Virus record (IMG/VR): IMGVR_UViG_3300028388_003908
Span: 1 to 64,000 of that record
Strand: one strand, 5' to 3'
DNA from: a virus
Length of the DNA: 64,000 nt
Of this stretch, positions 54,601 through 64,000 are shown one piece after another (position 1 is the stretch's first letter; every line of letters begins with the position of its first letter). Both the position numbers and the translations under genes were made by a program. The notes beneath the pieces are model-generated. The model was given only the letters and a program-made list of their open reading frames with translations, did no database searches and was not told where the DNA came from.

Positions 54601-55132
54601 ACAAAAGGCGCGTAAAAAAGACGCAGAGGCTCAAGTCGAAGAATCCGCTAAAAGCTCTGCTATGAAGAAGGCGCGAGAGGAGGGCGTCTACAAGGGAATG
54701 AAGAGGGCTCAACAGGAAGATTATGAGTCCCGTATCAAAGGCATGGCTAGTGAGTTAGGTCTAAGTACACAAGGCTCCTTGAAGCAGATCACGGAGAGAT
54801 TCGCCGGCGCTAGAGAGGGCTTGAAAACAGACAATCCAGATCTTGTCGGTCGTCTAGGTGAGGTGATCGGTATCGCTAAAGAAGCGGGCTTTATTGATGA
54901 TGGTTTTGTACTAAAGAACGGGCGCGCTACTCGTATTGCGGAAGGGGATAACGTCCTAGCGTTTAAGGATGGTGGCCCTGCGGACCCTAGACGTATGAAC
55001 AAAGCGACCGCTTCCATTAACATCAACATTATGGGCGGTCGTCCTGATACTATTCCTCAGTTCCAACGCGCAGTAGAGCAAGTGTTAAGAAAGACCGGTG
55101 TGGTCGTAGAACCCGGCAATCGTCTCTCTTAA
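51698..55132 (+). CDS. tape measure protein
   Basis: 1144 aa, helical and A/G/K/E-rich, with a hydrophobic segment. Canonical position. Confidence 0.8.
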   Translation: MAKTEDTLTELLGQINQAAKKGLLGGAQQDLRQLNRYKDTFKGLISAINKAYEDGFEGQAQGLQEVQEKLNENIKSYSAQINKCMTHLRKNLTDSERAAAEARLKSLKTELAQRIKSQAELAQKEIAHNNKIIEDYKTKRVNLKKQVSEQFLEMKLGDSVEGAFNNLTSALNDGGQTIGKGITGAFKVGAGLLASRQATLAFRAKQTSDTGEKASLEKSAQAMAGMGKAMLIIGASVGALFAVVKAFQAIEEAGKKINKQLITEIGATDLMANKTGNLYEEVNKMRQLVTKADFALSLGMTTEEAISLVKEFNEANFSLASLGDNAEEATGRLHDMMMTVRSGAVALGVSTSELVGFAERYRMEMGMSARESGFTARVAEDFKSIRDMAMQSGYSTSKFFDKVKSLTEGLGKFNVRTEQAGKLLISLTKVIGPEAAEQFTKGLMGAFRQEGYTDRLKRLMTTPQRQVAKALTASAKSQANDFSRNFLRSGKSKDIFAQYGITGENIVEGTKSLSDADVKKLLGELQGAGQTGAARQFYEVMDALHSKGRMGQVRQLGQADAGATLRVKASQFTGVMGGKSIREAGLGKLKLLETLGFSPEEIEQYAKIVELKEAELGMLRQKKILTEEEQKQYGVQMREGQLYNVETGEKVDNVEAYLQAQGARLEKEFGDLKAPTLEEIMQDNIRATQTSSEKLGAHLGEIMQGVYDVTMGIYNKIFGDDQSDKAKAAQAQLLEETQAKIAGFSKEIISNNDKMRQLQGKAKSSKDPAEKKAINEQIDALKKRNQSLSDSQKLNKASLAILNREKLTSESIEEMRSETLNKGVIKLAQSSPEAKERLLSSGMIRSPKSLLDMEIKAKELGYSSAQEMLDFDDYDHDEFLKITSALEEIGVTLRGYDTTGNHVTYQDGMGMRYKGGRVAVDAEGRVIGAQTGTKKFSKDTGTGLFGSLTSPAEESLNVAPLNPMDPQVQKARKKDAEAQVEESAKSSAMKKAREEGVYKGMKRAQQEDYESRIKGMASELGLSTQGSLKQITERFAGAREGLKTDNPDLVGRLGEVIGIAKEAGFIDDGFVLKNGRATRIAEGDNVLAFKDGGPADPRRMNKATASININIMGGRPDTIPQFQRAVEQVLRKTGVVVEPGNRLS

Positions 55133-55143
55133 AGGAGCAAATT

Positions 55144-55845
55144 ATGACCGTTGTTAAGCCCCATTTTGAAAAACCTCTAAGCGAGTTTGACGGTACCGGT
55201 CGCAAGCCTTTCCTGTTTGATGTGCTCTCTCCTGATGGCAACTTCTCCTTGCTCTCAAGCGAGCAGACCAACATCCAAGTAGGCGGAGATTACAATCAAG
55301 GCGGTACGAGAGATCAATCCCGCATCATCAGCGAGCGCTCTGATTATCGTATGGTGCTCTATGCGAACCCTAAGGATATATCCTTCTCTTATACCAAAAA
55401 GACCGAGGTCAGTCAGACCATGGGAGGATGGGTAGAGACGTATTGGGGAGATGAGCCTGTCACCGTCACCTTAACCACTACGACCGGAGCTTTTATCCGT
55501 GTTGGCGGTACTGGTCTTACGACAACCACAGGACCCGTCTCAGCTAAAGGGCAAGTCTATGGTACCGATATTGAGGGCAATCGTAGAGAGACCTTGCAGT
55601 ACGACAAGATGTTGGATTTCCTAGCGTTGTTTCATAACAACGGCTCGATCTATGACGACCGAGGGAACATCATCTTTCAAGGCAAGATCAAGATGTACTT
55701 TGACCAGAGCGCGTGGACTGGTTGGTTCCAATCTTTTAGTATCGAGGAGGTCGCAGATCAGCCTTTCATGTTCTCCGTCTCTGCGGTCTTTCAGATAGAG
55801 ACCGAGACTCATGCGGTCAGAACCTTTGGAGGCAATCTGAGATGA
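55144..55845 (+). CDS. tail tube initiator/baseplate-tube junction protein
   Basis: NP......Y......T.GG.....WG.E...W.G.F.SF...E. Paralog of the next gene. Confidence 0.65.
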   Translation: MTVVKPHFEKPLSEFDGTGRKPFLFDVLSPDGNFSLLSSEQTNIQVGGDYNQGGTRDQSRIISERSDYRMVLYANPKDISFSYTKKTEVSQTMGGWVETYWGDEPVTVTLTTTTGAFIRVGGTGLTTTTGPVSAKGQVYGTDIEGNRRETLQYDKMLDFLALFHNNGSIYDDRGNIIFQGKIKMYFDQSAWTGWFQSFSIEEVADQPFMFSVSAVFQIETETHAVRTFGGNLR

Positions 55846-56771
55846 AAGCCACTACAGCGACAGCGCCTTATCTATCCTTACCGACAGGGGAGAGCATACT
55901 GCTCTTTCCCGATAACGGTAATCGAGCTTATCCCGTAGATACGACTCGGGAATCTTTGAGAGAGTACTCCCCTTTTATCTTGTCTGTGAACGCGCCAGAG
56001 ATGAACTTCGGTAATAATGGGGCTAGCTACACGGTGAGGCCCTTTTCCAACCCTCTCAAGAGCACAGACACACGTTATAGCTCTGCGACCCAATTATCGC
56101 AGGATTTCTCGTATGTGGCTGCGATACCCACACGCGCCCCTAGACCTATTCAAGGCTCGGCTAATCCTTCAGTAGTACCAGACTCCAAAAAACCAGGTTT
56201 CTTAAACCGTGATCAGATTGTAGATCACGCGAGACAAGGGACCTATCTACAATCACTGCCCCCTATCGTCTTTATGATTAACCCTACGTCTATCTCTAGA
56301 GAGTATAGTCACATACAGGCGTATCAGGAAATGTCTAGATATGGTTTTATCTTTCAGCGTTGGGGTGAGGAGCTAGTAAAGCTCTCGGTGACTTGTAAGA
56401 TCGGTGCTTTCCTTTCTATGAAGAATCGAGGGCAGGGGGTGCTTGATGGGCCTTCTGGATTGCAATACGCTTCGCGTCTAGATTCGGCAGCCTGGCGTCA
56501 ATTGCAAATACTCATGCTCTCATACAAAAACGCAGGGGCGATACATGATCGCCTAGGGCGCACCCGAGCTTATCATGGTGTCGGATCGCATACCATACAC
56601 TATGACGGACAAGAATGGACGGGTCGTATCACCTCTTTTAGCTACTCAAACTCGGAGGAGAATCCTCACGGAGGCACAGAGGTTTCTTTTGAGATGACCG
56701 TATTTAAGCACGTCATGTACGACAAGCAGTTAAAGACGAACGCGCTGTCTAGAATGAAGAAGGGAGGCTGA
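55842..56771 (+). CDS. tail tube initiator-like protein, paralog
   Basis: INP......Y......RYG.....WGEE...WTG...SF. ATGA overlap. Confidence 0.65.
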   Translation: MKATTATAPYLSLPTGESILLFPDNGNRAYPVDTTRESLREYSPFILSVNAPEMNFGNNGASYTVRPFSNPLKSTDTRYSSATQLSQDFSYVAAIPTRAPRPIQGSANPSVVPDSKKPGFLNRDQIVDHARQGTYLQSLPPIVFMINPTSISREYSHIQAYQEMSRYGFIFQRWGEELVKLSVTCKIGAFLSMKNRGQGVLDGPSGLQYASRLDSAAWRQLQILMLSYKNAGAIHDRLGRTRAYHGVGSHTIHYDGQEWTGRITSFSYSNSEENPHGGTEVSFEMTVFKHVMYDKQLKTNALSRMKKGG

Positions 56772-56772
56772 G

Positions 56773-59700
56773 ATGAGTCTAGAGAATAGGCCTTATGCTG
56801 GTAACTGGTCGAGCGAGATTCAAGGAAAATATCGTAAGGTCACTTCTTGGACACCGGACGCCATTGTCAAGATCAACGGTGAAGCCTCTTTAATGGGCTG
56901 TCGAGATTGTAATAACCGCATAGATTTTCAGTCATTTATTACCTCATGTAACGTCAACGCCAGCTTAGATTCTCTGAGCGCAGACATAAGCATGAGCATA
57001 CCTAAGCACTATGGGGATTCGATTTTCAAGGACGGCACGTTTCTGATGGAGACGGGCATGGAAGTGCATATCTTCTATCGGGGATTTTTCCCGACAAAAG
57101 GTCTCATGGAAAAAGGAGATGTTGAAAGAGACGAGACGTTAGATGTGGAATACAACCTAGAAGAGGTCGAATATCGCCCCTATTATCCTGTTTTTCATGG
57201 GGTCGTGACGAGCTTAAATTATTCCTTCTCGGGAGGATTCTATAGCGCGTCTCTCTCATGTGCAGGGTTGCTACATTTTTGGGAATCTCAACAGGTCAAC
57301 ACCAACGCAGCCTATATGGCAGCCGGTCCCTCAGAGGATAGAGGCTCTGTCAGGATTAGCGGTCACGTTTATACTAGCATGACCCCTCACCAGATCATTT
57401 ATGATCTCTATCGACACACAGGCGGGGCAGCCGAAGGTCTATCTTGGGCTTGGTCTAGTAAATCAAACGTGAAAGCTAAATCCGCTACAGGTCAAGACTT
57501 CTATTCGCTCTCTATGCGCTATTGGGAAAAGCGCTTCTCAGAGGGTATGTATGATCTCCGTATGTACGGTGTATCAGGTCGTCTTTATAGCGCTACAGAG
57601 CAGGCTTTCCTTACGAATCTCTACGCAGGATCTTCTCTCGCTAAAGAGCTGAACAGCGTTGTTCAATCTACGCTTAATCCAGGGACGAACAAGCGAGCGT
57701 CTAGGAGATTTCAGCGCGCTCAGGCTGCCGGTTTTGGACCTAAAACAAAGACCTCAAAGGTGGTCGATTCACAGCTCTTGGATATTCGCTATCTAGCGCA
57801 GACCGCGTCTAAGGATAAAGTCGGTCTTGTCGCTACACAGCTTCAAGCGTTTATTCCCGATCTCAACAACATCGGGAATATCAATCTGTTTGAATCCTCC
57901 TATGAGTCCAAAAAAAGCATCGCCTCTAAGGTTGCAGAGACTATTGGATATGAGTTCTACCAAGACCTAGATGGGGACCTAGTTTTCAAGCCCCCTATGT
58001 ATAACATGGACACCTCTAAGAGTAGGGTCTATAGGATTCATAGAGAAGACATAATCGACATAAGCTATTCTCAAGACGAGCCGGCTGCCACATACGTTAT
58101 CTGTAAAGGAAGCCATTTTAGGAATCTAGGCGGTACGGGCATGGAAGGTGAGTTCGGTACCCGAGGCACTTATGTGGATTATCGTCTTGTCGCCAAGTAT
58201 GGTTGGAAGGCTTACGAGTTCGACACGACCTTTTATAACAGCGCTGAGAGCGCGTATTACGCGGCCGTTGTGAAGCTCGACACCATGAACAAGGACGTTA
58301 ATAAGGCGAGCGTCACGATCCCTCTACGTCCCGAGATCAAGATGGGATATCCTGTCTACATAGAACACATCGACTGCTTCTATTATGTCTCAAGCGTCTC
58401 TCACTCATTCGCTTTTGGTTCTTCATGCACCACGACCTTAGAGTTGACAGCGCGCAGACGTAAGTTTTTGCCTCCGGGTAATCCTTCGGTTGGTTACGAC
58501 CGAGACCCTAGCTTAGCTGTGGATTTCGAACGCACGTTCATGCCCCCTAAGAAACTCTATCAGAGAGACGCAGATGGTCGCCCTCGCGTAATCGGCTTCC
58601 CTAACGTAGTGATGGCGCTCGATCCTACCAAGATGGACCCCTCGTATCTCTACTTTCCTACCGAGTATTACCTTGGCGGTAACGAGAATGAAGAGACGAG
58701 AAGGATGTTTCAGAACATGATCATCCTTGAAGGATATCGTCTAGGGGTGCTCAAGCTACAGACTCCGATTGATTCTGAAGGAGAATCCCAAGATGTACCT
58801 TTATCCACGAACTTTAGCTACGACATAGACGATAAGTTTTTTAAAGGACCTTGGGTTATGTCTAGACCTATCGCTGGAGTAGATTCAGATGGTAATCCTA
58901 CACAAAGCTCCGAGAACGTATTGGTAGCTCTTGAAAGTGATGGCAGATTTTCAGGGGAGTCCGAGCTACAAGCAGCCAATCAGGACCTCAAGAAAGGTCG
59001 TAAACAAGCGGATCGTCTCAATTCTAAGGGCAAATTTATGGCCTCTCAGAACAAGAGAGAACAGGTGGCTAAAGCCTATGAAGAAGCGATAAAAAAGCTC
59101 AAAGAATCTCCTTCAGATAGTGGCAAGTCTCTTAACATTGTCCAGATTATTGACATTTACCGACAATACGCATCTGAGGGTTCTTCAGGTATTACAGCAC
59201 CTGGTTCTCTGTCCTCTCTCATACGTCTGTTGAGCAATAAAAAAGCGAGCTTTAATCCTAATCAACCTGGTTATTATCGCTATTATTCCTCTGCCCATCC
59301 TAATCCGAGATACCAAGCACCGCCTTTCGTAAAGGTCGGTTCTGACGGGAGCATCACGCTTGATGATCCGGCGTTTGCGATCACTAGGGACCCCGGTGCA
59401 GATAAGACCACAAACGTGGTCTCATCTGTCACAGATAATGAGGTGCTTATTGAACAAGGCTCTGCCATAAAAGGGTTCAACACCAAAGTTCTCACGTCTC
59501 AAGATTATGAGATTGTACCGAGCGAGCGAATCACAACGCTCAGCTTCACGAAGAACGAGGTTTCTAAGACAAGACGTGTTAGACCTACAATCTACGCCAA
59601 AACCCTCACGTTGAGCACTTTTCAGCAGGAATTTAGATCTGGTTTAGCGCGCTACATGAGCGCTAAATATACCGATGGCATGACCGTTGGGAAAATGTGC

Positions 59701-60834
59701 GATCTGCTTTTCCTTAAACGCGGAGCTAACGTCCGTATCGCTCGCTTAAAGAATGTTATCGGCAAGCTGTGGCTAAAAGGTCAAGCCCTTTCCGATAGTG
59801 CCGTCCTTAATAAAGGTCAGATCAGCGCTATCGCAGCCAACACGGCAGCCATGACTCTTTTACAAGCCCGGAGTGATTTATCAGGGATTGACGATCCCTC
59901 AAATTCTGAACAACAGAATTTGATCAAGACCTATATTAGAGAGCTACAGCTAGGCTATAGATATGCGGTGTTTTATGGGACACAAGCGCGTAAAGGTAGT
60001 CTACAAGACGTAGTGGACAAGACCACATTTATCAGTCCTATTTTCCCCGTATCGGATAAAGAAGGATATGAGGTCTTTGGTGCTTATGCGTATGGTCGAG
60101 GACTCGACATACAGACAGGCAACGCCTTTGATCAGATACTCAGGAATGACCCTACTCGTATTCTGACAGACGCGCAGAGAGACGCTTATCTGAGAGAGAT
60201 TATTTCCCGCAGAGTTCAAGCGGGGCCGCCAGATCCTAGAGGTAGTAGGTCCTTGAATGAAGCGGTCTCAAAGATGGTTGGAGAGGAGCTTGAGCGCGCC
60301 TATGAGGTCACAGGTCTTAAAGGGCAGAACGCAAATCAAGCGGGACTTGTCGATGCCATCGCTAATGCGATTTCTAATCAGAATGACACGCAGGTGATCG
60401 CTAACGTCCCCGCTAGAATGGCAGAGATTGTGCCTAGATCTCGACAAGACGTTATGTGTGGTTGTCGAACCGAGGATCAAGATCTCGTCTATGTTCTTAG
60501 AACCTTCGGTCAGGATATTCCTGAAGGTATTGAGGAAGGGGAGTTGTTTGTGCGCTTGAGAGATTACATCCGATCAAAGGTGCCCTCACACAAGCAACAT
60601 CAAGACATACTCAAGGGAGACATACCACCCACAACACTACAGCCGCCACAACCTGTTTCATCGGGTCAAGACACGCTCTCCAGCGCCAATATAGATCCCA
60701 ATGCGAGCTTTGCCGATAATGTGAAATCTGCGTATCAGCAGACCATAGGTAGTAGTCTTGAGACAGCAGAGGACTCAGTGCAAAACGTCAAGGATAGCTG
60801 GAAATCTGCTGTTCAACATCTGAAAGGTAAATGA
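56773..60834 (+). CDS. baseplate hub protein (gp27/gpD-like)
   Basis: PVFHGVV, YEFYQDLDGDLVFKPP, ASVTIPLRPEIKMGYPV, YYVSSVSHSF. Confidence 0.75.
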   Translation: MSLENRPYAGNWSSEIQGKYRKVTSWTPDAIVKINGEASLMGCRDCNNRIDFQSFITSCNVNASLDSLSADISMSIPKHYGDSIFKDGTFLMETGMEVHIFYRGFFPTKGLMEKGDVERDETLDVEYNLEEVEYRPYYPVFHGVVTSLNYSFSGGFYSASLSCAGLLHFWESQQVNTNAAYMAAGPSEDRGSVRISGHVYTSMTPHQIIYDLYRHTGGAAEGLSWAWSSKSNVKAKSATGQDFYSLSMRYWEKRFSEGMYDLRMYGVSGRLYSATEQAFLTNLYAGSSLAKELNSVVQSTLNPGTNKRASRRFQRAQAAGFGPKTKTSKVVDSQLLDIRYLAQTASKDKVGLVATQLQAFIPDLNNIGNINLFESSYESKKSIASKVAETIGYEFYQDLDGDLVFKPPMYNMDTSKSRVYRIHREDIIDISYSQDEPAATYVICKGSHFRNLGGTGMEGEFGTRGTYVDYRLVAKYGWKAYEFDTTFYNSAESAYYAAVVKLDTMNKDVNKASVTIPLRPEIKMGYPVYIEHIDCFYYVSSVSHSFAFGSSCTTTLELTARRRKFLPPGNPSVGYDRDPSLAVDFERTFMPPKKLYQRDADGRPRVIGFPNVVMALDPTKMDPSYLYFPTEYYLGGNENEETRRMFQNMIILEGYRLGVLKLQTPIDSEGESQDVPLSTNFSYDIDDKFFKGPWVMSRPIAGVDSDGNPTQSSENVLVALESDGRFSGESELQAANQDLKKGRKQADRLNSKGKFMASQNKREQVAKAYEEAIKKLKESPSDSGKSLNIVQIIDIYRQYASEGSSGITAPGSLSSLIRLLSNKKASFNPNQPGYYRYYSSAHPNPRYQAPPFVKVGSDGSITLDDPAFAITRDPGADKTTNVVSSVTDNEVLIEQGSAIKGFNTKVLTSQDYEIVPSERITTLSFTKNEVSKTRRVRPTIYAKTLTLSTFQQEFRSGLARYMSAKYTDGMTVGKMCDLLFLKRGANVRIARLKNVIGKLWLKGQALSDSAVLNKGQISAIAANTAAMTLLQARSDLSGIDDPSNSEQQNLIKTYIRELQLGYRYAVFYGTQARKGSLQDVVDKTTFISPIFPVSDKEGYEVFGAYAYGRGLDIQTGNAFDQILRNDPTRILTDAQRDAYLREIISRRVQAGPPDPRGSRSLNEAVSKMVGEELERAYEVTGLKGQNANQAGLVDAIANAISNQNDTQVIANVPARMAEIVPRSRQDVMCGCRTEDQDLVYVLRTFGQDIPEGIEEGELFVRLRDYIRSKVPSHKQHQDILKGDIPPTTLQPPQPVSSGQDTLSSANIDPNASFADNVKSAYQQTIGSSLETAEDSVQNVKDSWKSAVQHLKGK

Positions 60835-60845
60835 GGTAAAACGAC

Positions 60846-63104
60846 ATGAAACCGATGAGCACATCCTCCGGATGGTCTAGTCTATCTCTTGCTATTGCTC
60901 GCGTGACCATGGTCTATTGGGAGGAGATGCGCTGTGACATAGAGGTCATTTATGGGGAGGATAACCGACCTAAATACTCGGGCGTAGAGTTGCTCATGCC
61001 CTCTATGGGCGCTCGACATTTCTTAGGGGCGATCCCGATGACCGGGGATTATTGCGTCTGCGGTTGGTTCGTGGTGAACTCTGATGGGGAGGCAAATAAG
61101 AAATCACCCGCCATCTTATCTTGGCTGCCTAGGACTCCATATCTAGGGCATGAGTGGGTACCTACTCAAGACTTCTCTATAGACGAGGCGCTACAAAACA
61201 CCCCAAAGGATCGTATCGAGCACAAGGCGATTATTGACCGCACAAGGCACAAGTTACGACATTATGAACCAGGTAACGTAGGCGCTACCTCTGCTCAAGG
61301 ATCAGATCTACACCTAGACGAGAGCGTCTTGATCTCTAACAGACGCGCCAATGAGATTCGTCTTAGAGATCAAGACCAAGCACTCGTCACGCGCTCATTA
61401 CAGCAGTTTCACAGCATGGCGGGCGCTCGCGTATATGGAGGCATGATACAGAGAGACGCTAGGTCTCTGCCTAGAGAGATGTTTTTCCGTCCAGAGGTGC
61501 TAGATCAGAGCGTTCTCTACGAAGACGGTAATATCATCTCAATCGAGGAAGATCCTACCATGATCGGTACGCTCAATCCTCACCCTCTGTTTGCCAAGCA
61601 ATATGATGGAACCTCGATCTTTCAGAAATCAGGAGGCTCGTACTCTGAGGAGCTTAATCCATATATCTTCCTTTATCAGGCTAAGCTCTTAGATGATCAA
61701 GCTAAGGGGCTACATAATGAGGGGGAGACATACGGCGGTAAATCTATCCTTAGAATCAATAAGAGCGGTGAGGTGCAATCCGAGACCGAGACGAGCGCTC
61801 TTGTTGAGTATCGCATAGACGTATGTCACACCTCTGACGGTACGCTTCCCGTTAATGAAGAGACGGATGGTTTTGATGTTGACCGTCTGCTAAATCCTGA
61901 AATCAACCTGCCTTTTGTTGAGATGGTTTTAGGTACGCCCGTAGGTAATGATCCGATCACCGATGCGGGTATTCAAAGATACGGCAAGCCTCTTTATTTG
62001 AACATAAACGATAAGGGAGGTTCGCTCGATACGATCACCGAGCAGATTCCGTTAGAAGAGCAACTCGCCACTCTGCTGACCGTTAAGCCTTTAGACAAGG
62101 TGACGCGCAGATCATCATCAGGATACACGAAAACGGGCGCTTATCGTGCTTACATAGGCGCAGATATACAAGACGCGCTCAAAGCCCGTATTGAGGGCGG
62201 AATGAGCTTGGTTACAGGCGACCGTGTAGAGATCACGTCCTCGTCTATTACGCTAAGATCAGATAGTGACCCGACAAATCCTACGCTTAATCTAGAGAGC
62301 GCAGGGGCGATCTCTCTTGTGAGCAGAGGTTATGTAAATAAAGGGGACGCTGACACAGGTGGAGATCTCGATCCTCTAAATAAAGTAGGCGCGCTGATCG
62401 ACACCTATGGTGCGGTCAAAATGCAATCTTCAACCGGCGTACAGGTGGCTGCCCCTCTGTTTGAGGTGAGCGAGGCGACCGAGGTTTCCGTAAACGCGCT
62501 CAATAACATGACGATTGAGAGCGGGGATAATCTCACCCTTACAGCGAAAACGCGCAAGGACACCATCACCGGAAAACAAGAGACCATAATCACTGGTCCT
62601 CCCGATTTTAATCCTCTTTATGGGGCGGTAAGAGAGACCACGATTGGCGCAAATCCTGCGACAGGATTCCCTGGCGGTATTGTAGACAAGTACACCTGCG
62701 CTTATGGGGATCGTACTGAAACCTATCTAACGACCAGCAACGTCTCCACTACCATCGCCTCGGGTAGTCACAATACCACGGTTGCTGTAGGCGCGATTAA
62801 TCACACAGCAGGGGCGACCTCGATCTCTCAAAATCCTGCGGGCATCGCGCTCACTGCAGGTGCAGGGAACATATCTGTGAGCGCGACAGCAGGGACGATC
62901 AATATCTCGTCAACAGCAAGCGCTAGTATCAGATCATTAGGGGCGACAAGCGTTAGCGGTACAAGCGTTGTTTTAGGGGCACCGGGGGCTGGGAGCGGGT
63001 GGATTATGTGCGCTACAGACAGAGACCCAACGACAGGCAGAACCTTCTTAGAATCGGGGTTAATGCTCCCGAGAGGACAATCACTCGCGCCCTCGATTGT
63101 CTGA
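60846..63104 (+). CDS. baseplate central spike (gp5/gpV/VgrG-like)
   Basis: N-terminal OB fold (ARVT.V...P..GD.C.CGW) and C-terminal S/T/G/A beta-repeat. Confidence 0.75.
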   Translation: MKPMSTSSGWSSLSLAIARVTMVYWEEMRCDIEVIYGEDNRPKYSGVELLMPSMGARHFLGAIPMTGDYCVCGWFVVNSDGEANKKSPAILSWLPRTPYLGHEWVPTQDFSIDEALQNTPKDRIEHKAIIDRTRHKLRHYEPGNVGATSAQGSDLHLDESVLISNRRANEIRLRDQDQALVTRSLQQFHSMAGARVYGGMIQRDARSLPREMFFRPEVLDQSVLYEDGNIISIEEDPTMIGTLNPHPLFAKQYDGTSIFQKSGGSYSEELNPYIFLYQAKLLDDQAKGLHNEGETYGGKSILRINKSGEVQSETETSALVEYRIDVCHTSDGTLPVNEETDGFDVDRLLNPEINLPFVEMVLGTPVGNDPITDAGIQRYGKPLYLNINDKGGSLDTITEQIPLEEQLATLLTVKPLDKVTRRSSSGYTKTGAYRAYIGADIQDALKARIEGGMSLVTGDRVEITSSSITLRSDSDPTNPTLNLESAGAISLVSRGYVNKGDADTGGDLDPLNKVGALIDTYGAVKMQSSTGVQVAAPLFEVSEATEVSVNALNNMTIESGDNLTLTAKTRKDTITGKQETIITGPPDFNPLYGAVRETTIGANPATGFPGGIVDKYTCAYGDRTETYLTTSNVSTTIASGSHNTTVAVGAINHTAGATSISQNPAGIALTAGAGNISVSATAGTINISSTASASIRSLGATSVSGTSVVLGAPGAGSGWIMCATDRDPTTGRTFLESGLMLPRGQSLAPSIV

Positions 63105-63113
63105 GAGAAAGCC

Positions 63114-63168
63114 AAAAAAAAAGACCCCTACTACACGTCATTTTTAAACGTGTAGTAGGGGTCTTTTT
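63114..63168. terminator. bidirectional intrinsic terminator
   Basis: A-run, then AGACCCCTACTACACGT/ACGTGTAGTAGGGGTCT, then T-run, between convergent genes. Confidence 0.9.
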
Positions 63169-63172
63169 AGTC

Positions 63173-63352
63173 TTAGTAGGGGCGCATAGACAAGCGCTTG
63201 TTTCTAGCGCTCTCCTCGTCTTTTGAACGCAGAAGATGATAGAGCGCTTGAGCCTCTTGATCGCTCATTTTCTCGATCATCGCCAGCAAGACGCGGCGGT
63301 CAAAAGAGCCGTTTGATTGATGTATTTTCGCTGTTAAATGTCTCTTAATCAT
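63173..63352 (-). CDS. unlisted 59-aa hypothetical protein
   Basis: MIKRHLTAKIHQ...RLSMRPY. ATGA overlap with the upstream ORF and ends at the terminator. Confidence 0.65.
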   Translation of the reverse strand: MIKRHLTAKIHQSNGSFDRRVLLAMIEKMSDQEAQALYHLLRSKDEESARNKRLSMRPY

Positions 63353-63495
63353 AGCTGTATCTCTATAACGCGCTTAGGCTCGCGCTCTTTTTCGCGTTTT
63401 TTAGGGGGTGGGGGTGGAGGTGGAGGTATGTAGAGACGTGGTCTCTCTTGTTCGCGCTCTTGTTCGCGCTCTCTCTCTCGATCTCGCCACATCAT
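63349..63495 (-). CDS. unlisted 48-aa charged/poly-Pro protein
   Basis: MMWRDREREREQEREQERPRLYIPPPPPPPPKKREKEREPKRVIEIQL. TAATG and ATGA couplings on both sides. Confidence 0.65.
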   Translation of the reverse strand: MMWRDREREREQEREQERPRLYIPPPPPPPPKKREKEREPKRVIEIQL

Positions 63496-64000
63496 TAAAT
63501 GCTCGTAGGGGGCAGACCGCTGTTGGGATCGTCTGATACTCTCACGTCAGTAGACAACAACGCGCTCTTAATAGACGCTTTCGCGCCCGCTAGTGAGATC
63601 GCTTTGAGACGGCTCTTTTGATGACGCTTAGCGTAATCATGCGCCTCTTGATCGCATTTATTGCCCGAGTAGTAGTGACACATCTTGCTGTCAATCACGG
63701 TTGATCTTAGCGTTTTAGCGAAGCGCTTTTGAATATAGCGCAGATTAGCTTTGGCAGCCTTTGTGGCGAACACGAGGTCATTGTTGAGACGAGCGCAAGT
63801 AGCGCCTTTCACATACGACCATTTTGGGATCTGCTGGTAGACGCCACACGCATTGTCGCTTGAGATGGGCTTGAAGCCTTTGTAAGGCAGCCCGAAACGG
63901 CTCTCCTCGTAAGAGAGAGCGATCAGACGCACAGCGGGTACGTCTGTGTCTTGCTCTTGAGCGATTGCAGAGGCGAGCGCTGTGAGATGGGGCATAGCCT
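63495..64000 (-). CDS. lytic transglycosylase (SLT-like), probably 5'-truncated by the window edge
   Basis: LIALSYEESRF (catalytic Glu), S..ACGVYQ, and HYYSG. Confidence 0.75.
   Translation of the reverse strand, partial: AMPHLTALASAIAQEQDTDVPAVRLIALSYEESRFGLPYKGFKPISSDNACGVYQQIPKWSYVKGATCARLNNDLVFATKAAKANLRYIQKRFAKTLRSTVIDSKMCHYYSGNKCDQEAHDYAKRHQKSRLKAISLAGAKASIKSALLSTDVRVSDDPNSGLPPTSI

Noticed and set aside
25256-63104. Bacterial contractile injection system or tailocin rather than a phage
   Set aside because: Linked tRNAs, ligase, phage-type promoters, small hypothetical genes and the absence of host housekeeping genes fit a large phage better. The sheath and capsid genes are presumably outside the window.
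25497-63226. Many short antisense or alternate-frame ORFs inside the structural genes
   Set aside because: They are nested in long, coherent operon genes, lack SDs and have shadow-type composition.

Overview
This 64 kb window looks like part of a large myovirus-type (probably jumbo) phage of a Gram-negative host, read with the standard genetic code. The left ~25 kb is an accessory region. It carries 8 tRNAs, one degenerate tRNA, a tRNA-linked structured ncRNA block, two metallophosphoesterases, a 2H phosphoesterase, a single-chain restriction-modification enzyme, NAD-dependent LigA, a DenV-like glycosylase, a flavoprotein, a DUF481-like beta-barrel and several lipoproteins. The right ~39 kb is a contractile-tail module: baseplate wedge genes on the minus strand; tube, chaperones, tape measure, hub and spike on the plus strand; and two divergent sigma-like ORFs between them. 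Four observations stand out. (1) A family of modular gene cassettes shares a promoter, a ~21-aa leader (MRRTASEVxRxLEMRVARLE) and, in two cases, a terminator around unrelated payloads. There are four members: one sits between two alleles of a gene's 3' end and one is split by a 3.1 kb R-M insertion. They resemble a swappable system of capsid-packaged effectors. (2) Two covarying copies of a pseudoknotted tRNA-like (manA-like) RNA lie upstream of a (CA)9 tract and a small ORF. (3) Two phage-specific promoter classes are coupled to hairpins that hide the ribosome-binding site. (4) There is a candidate Acb1-like 2H phosphodiesterase. All product calls come from motif recognition by eye; no database searches were run.
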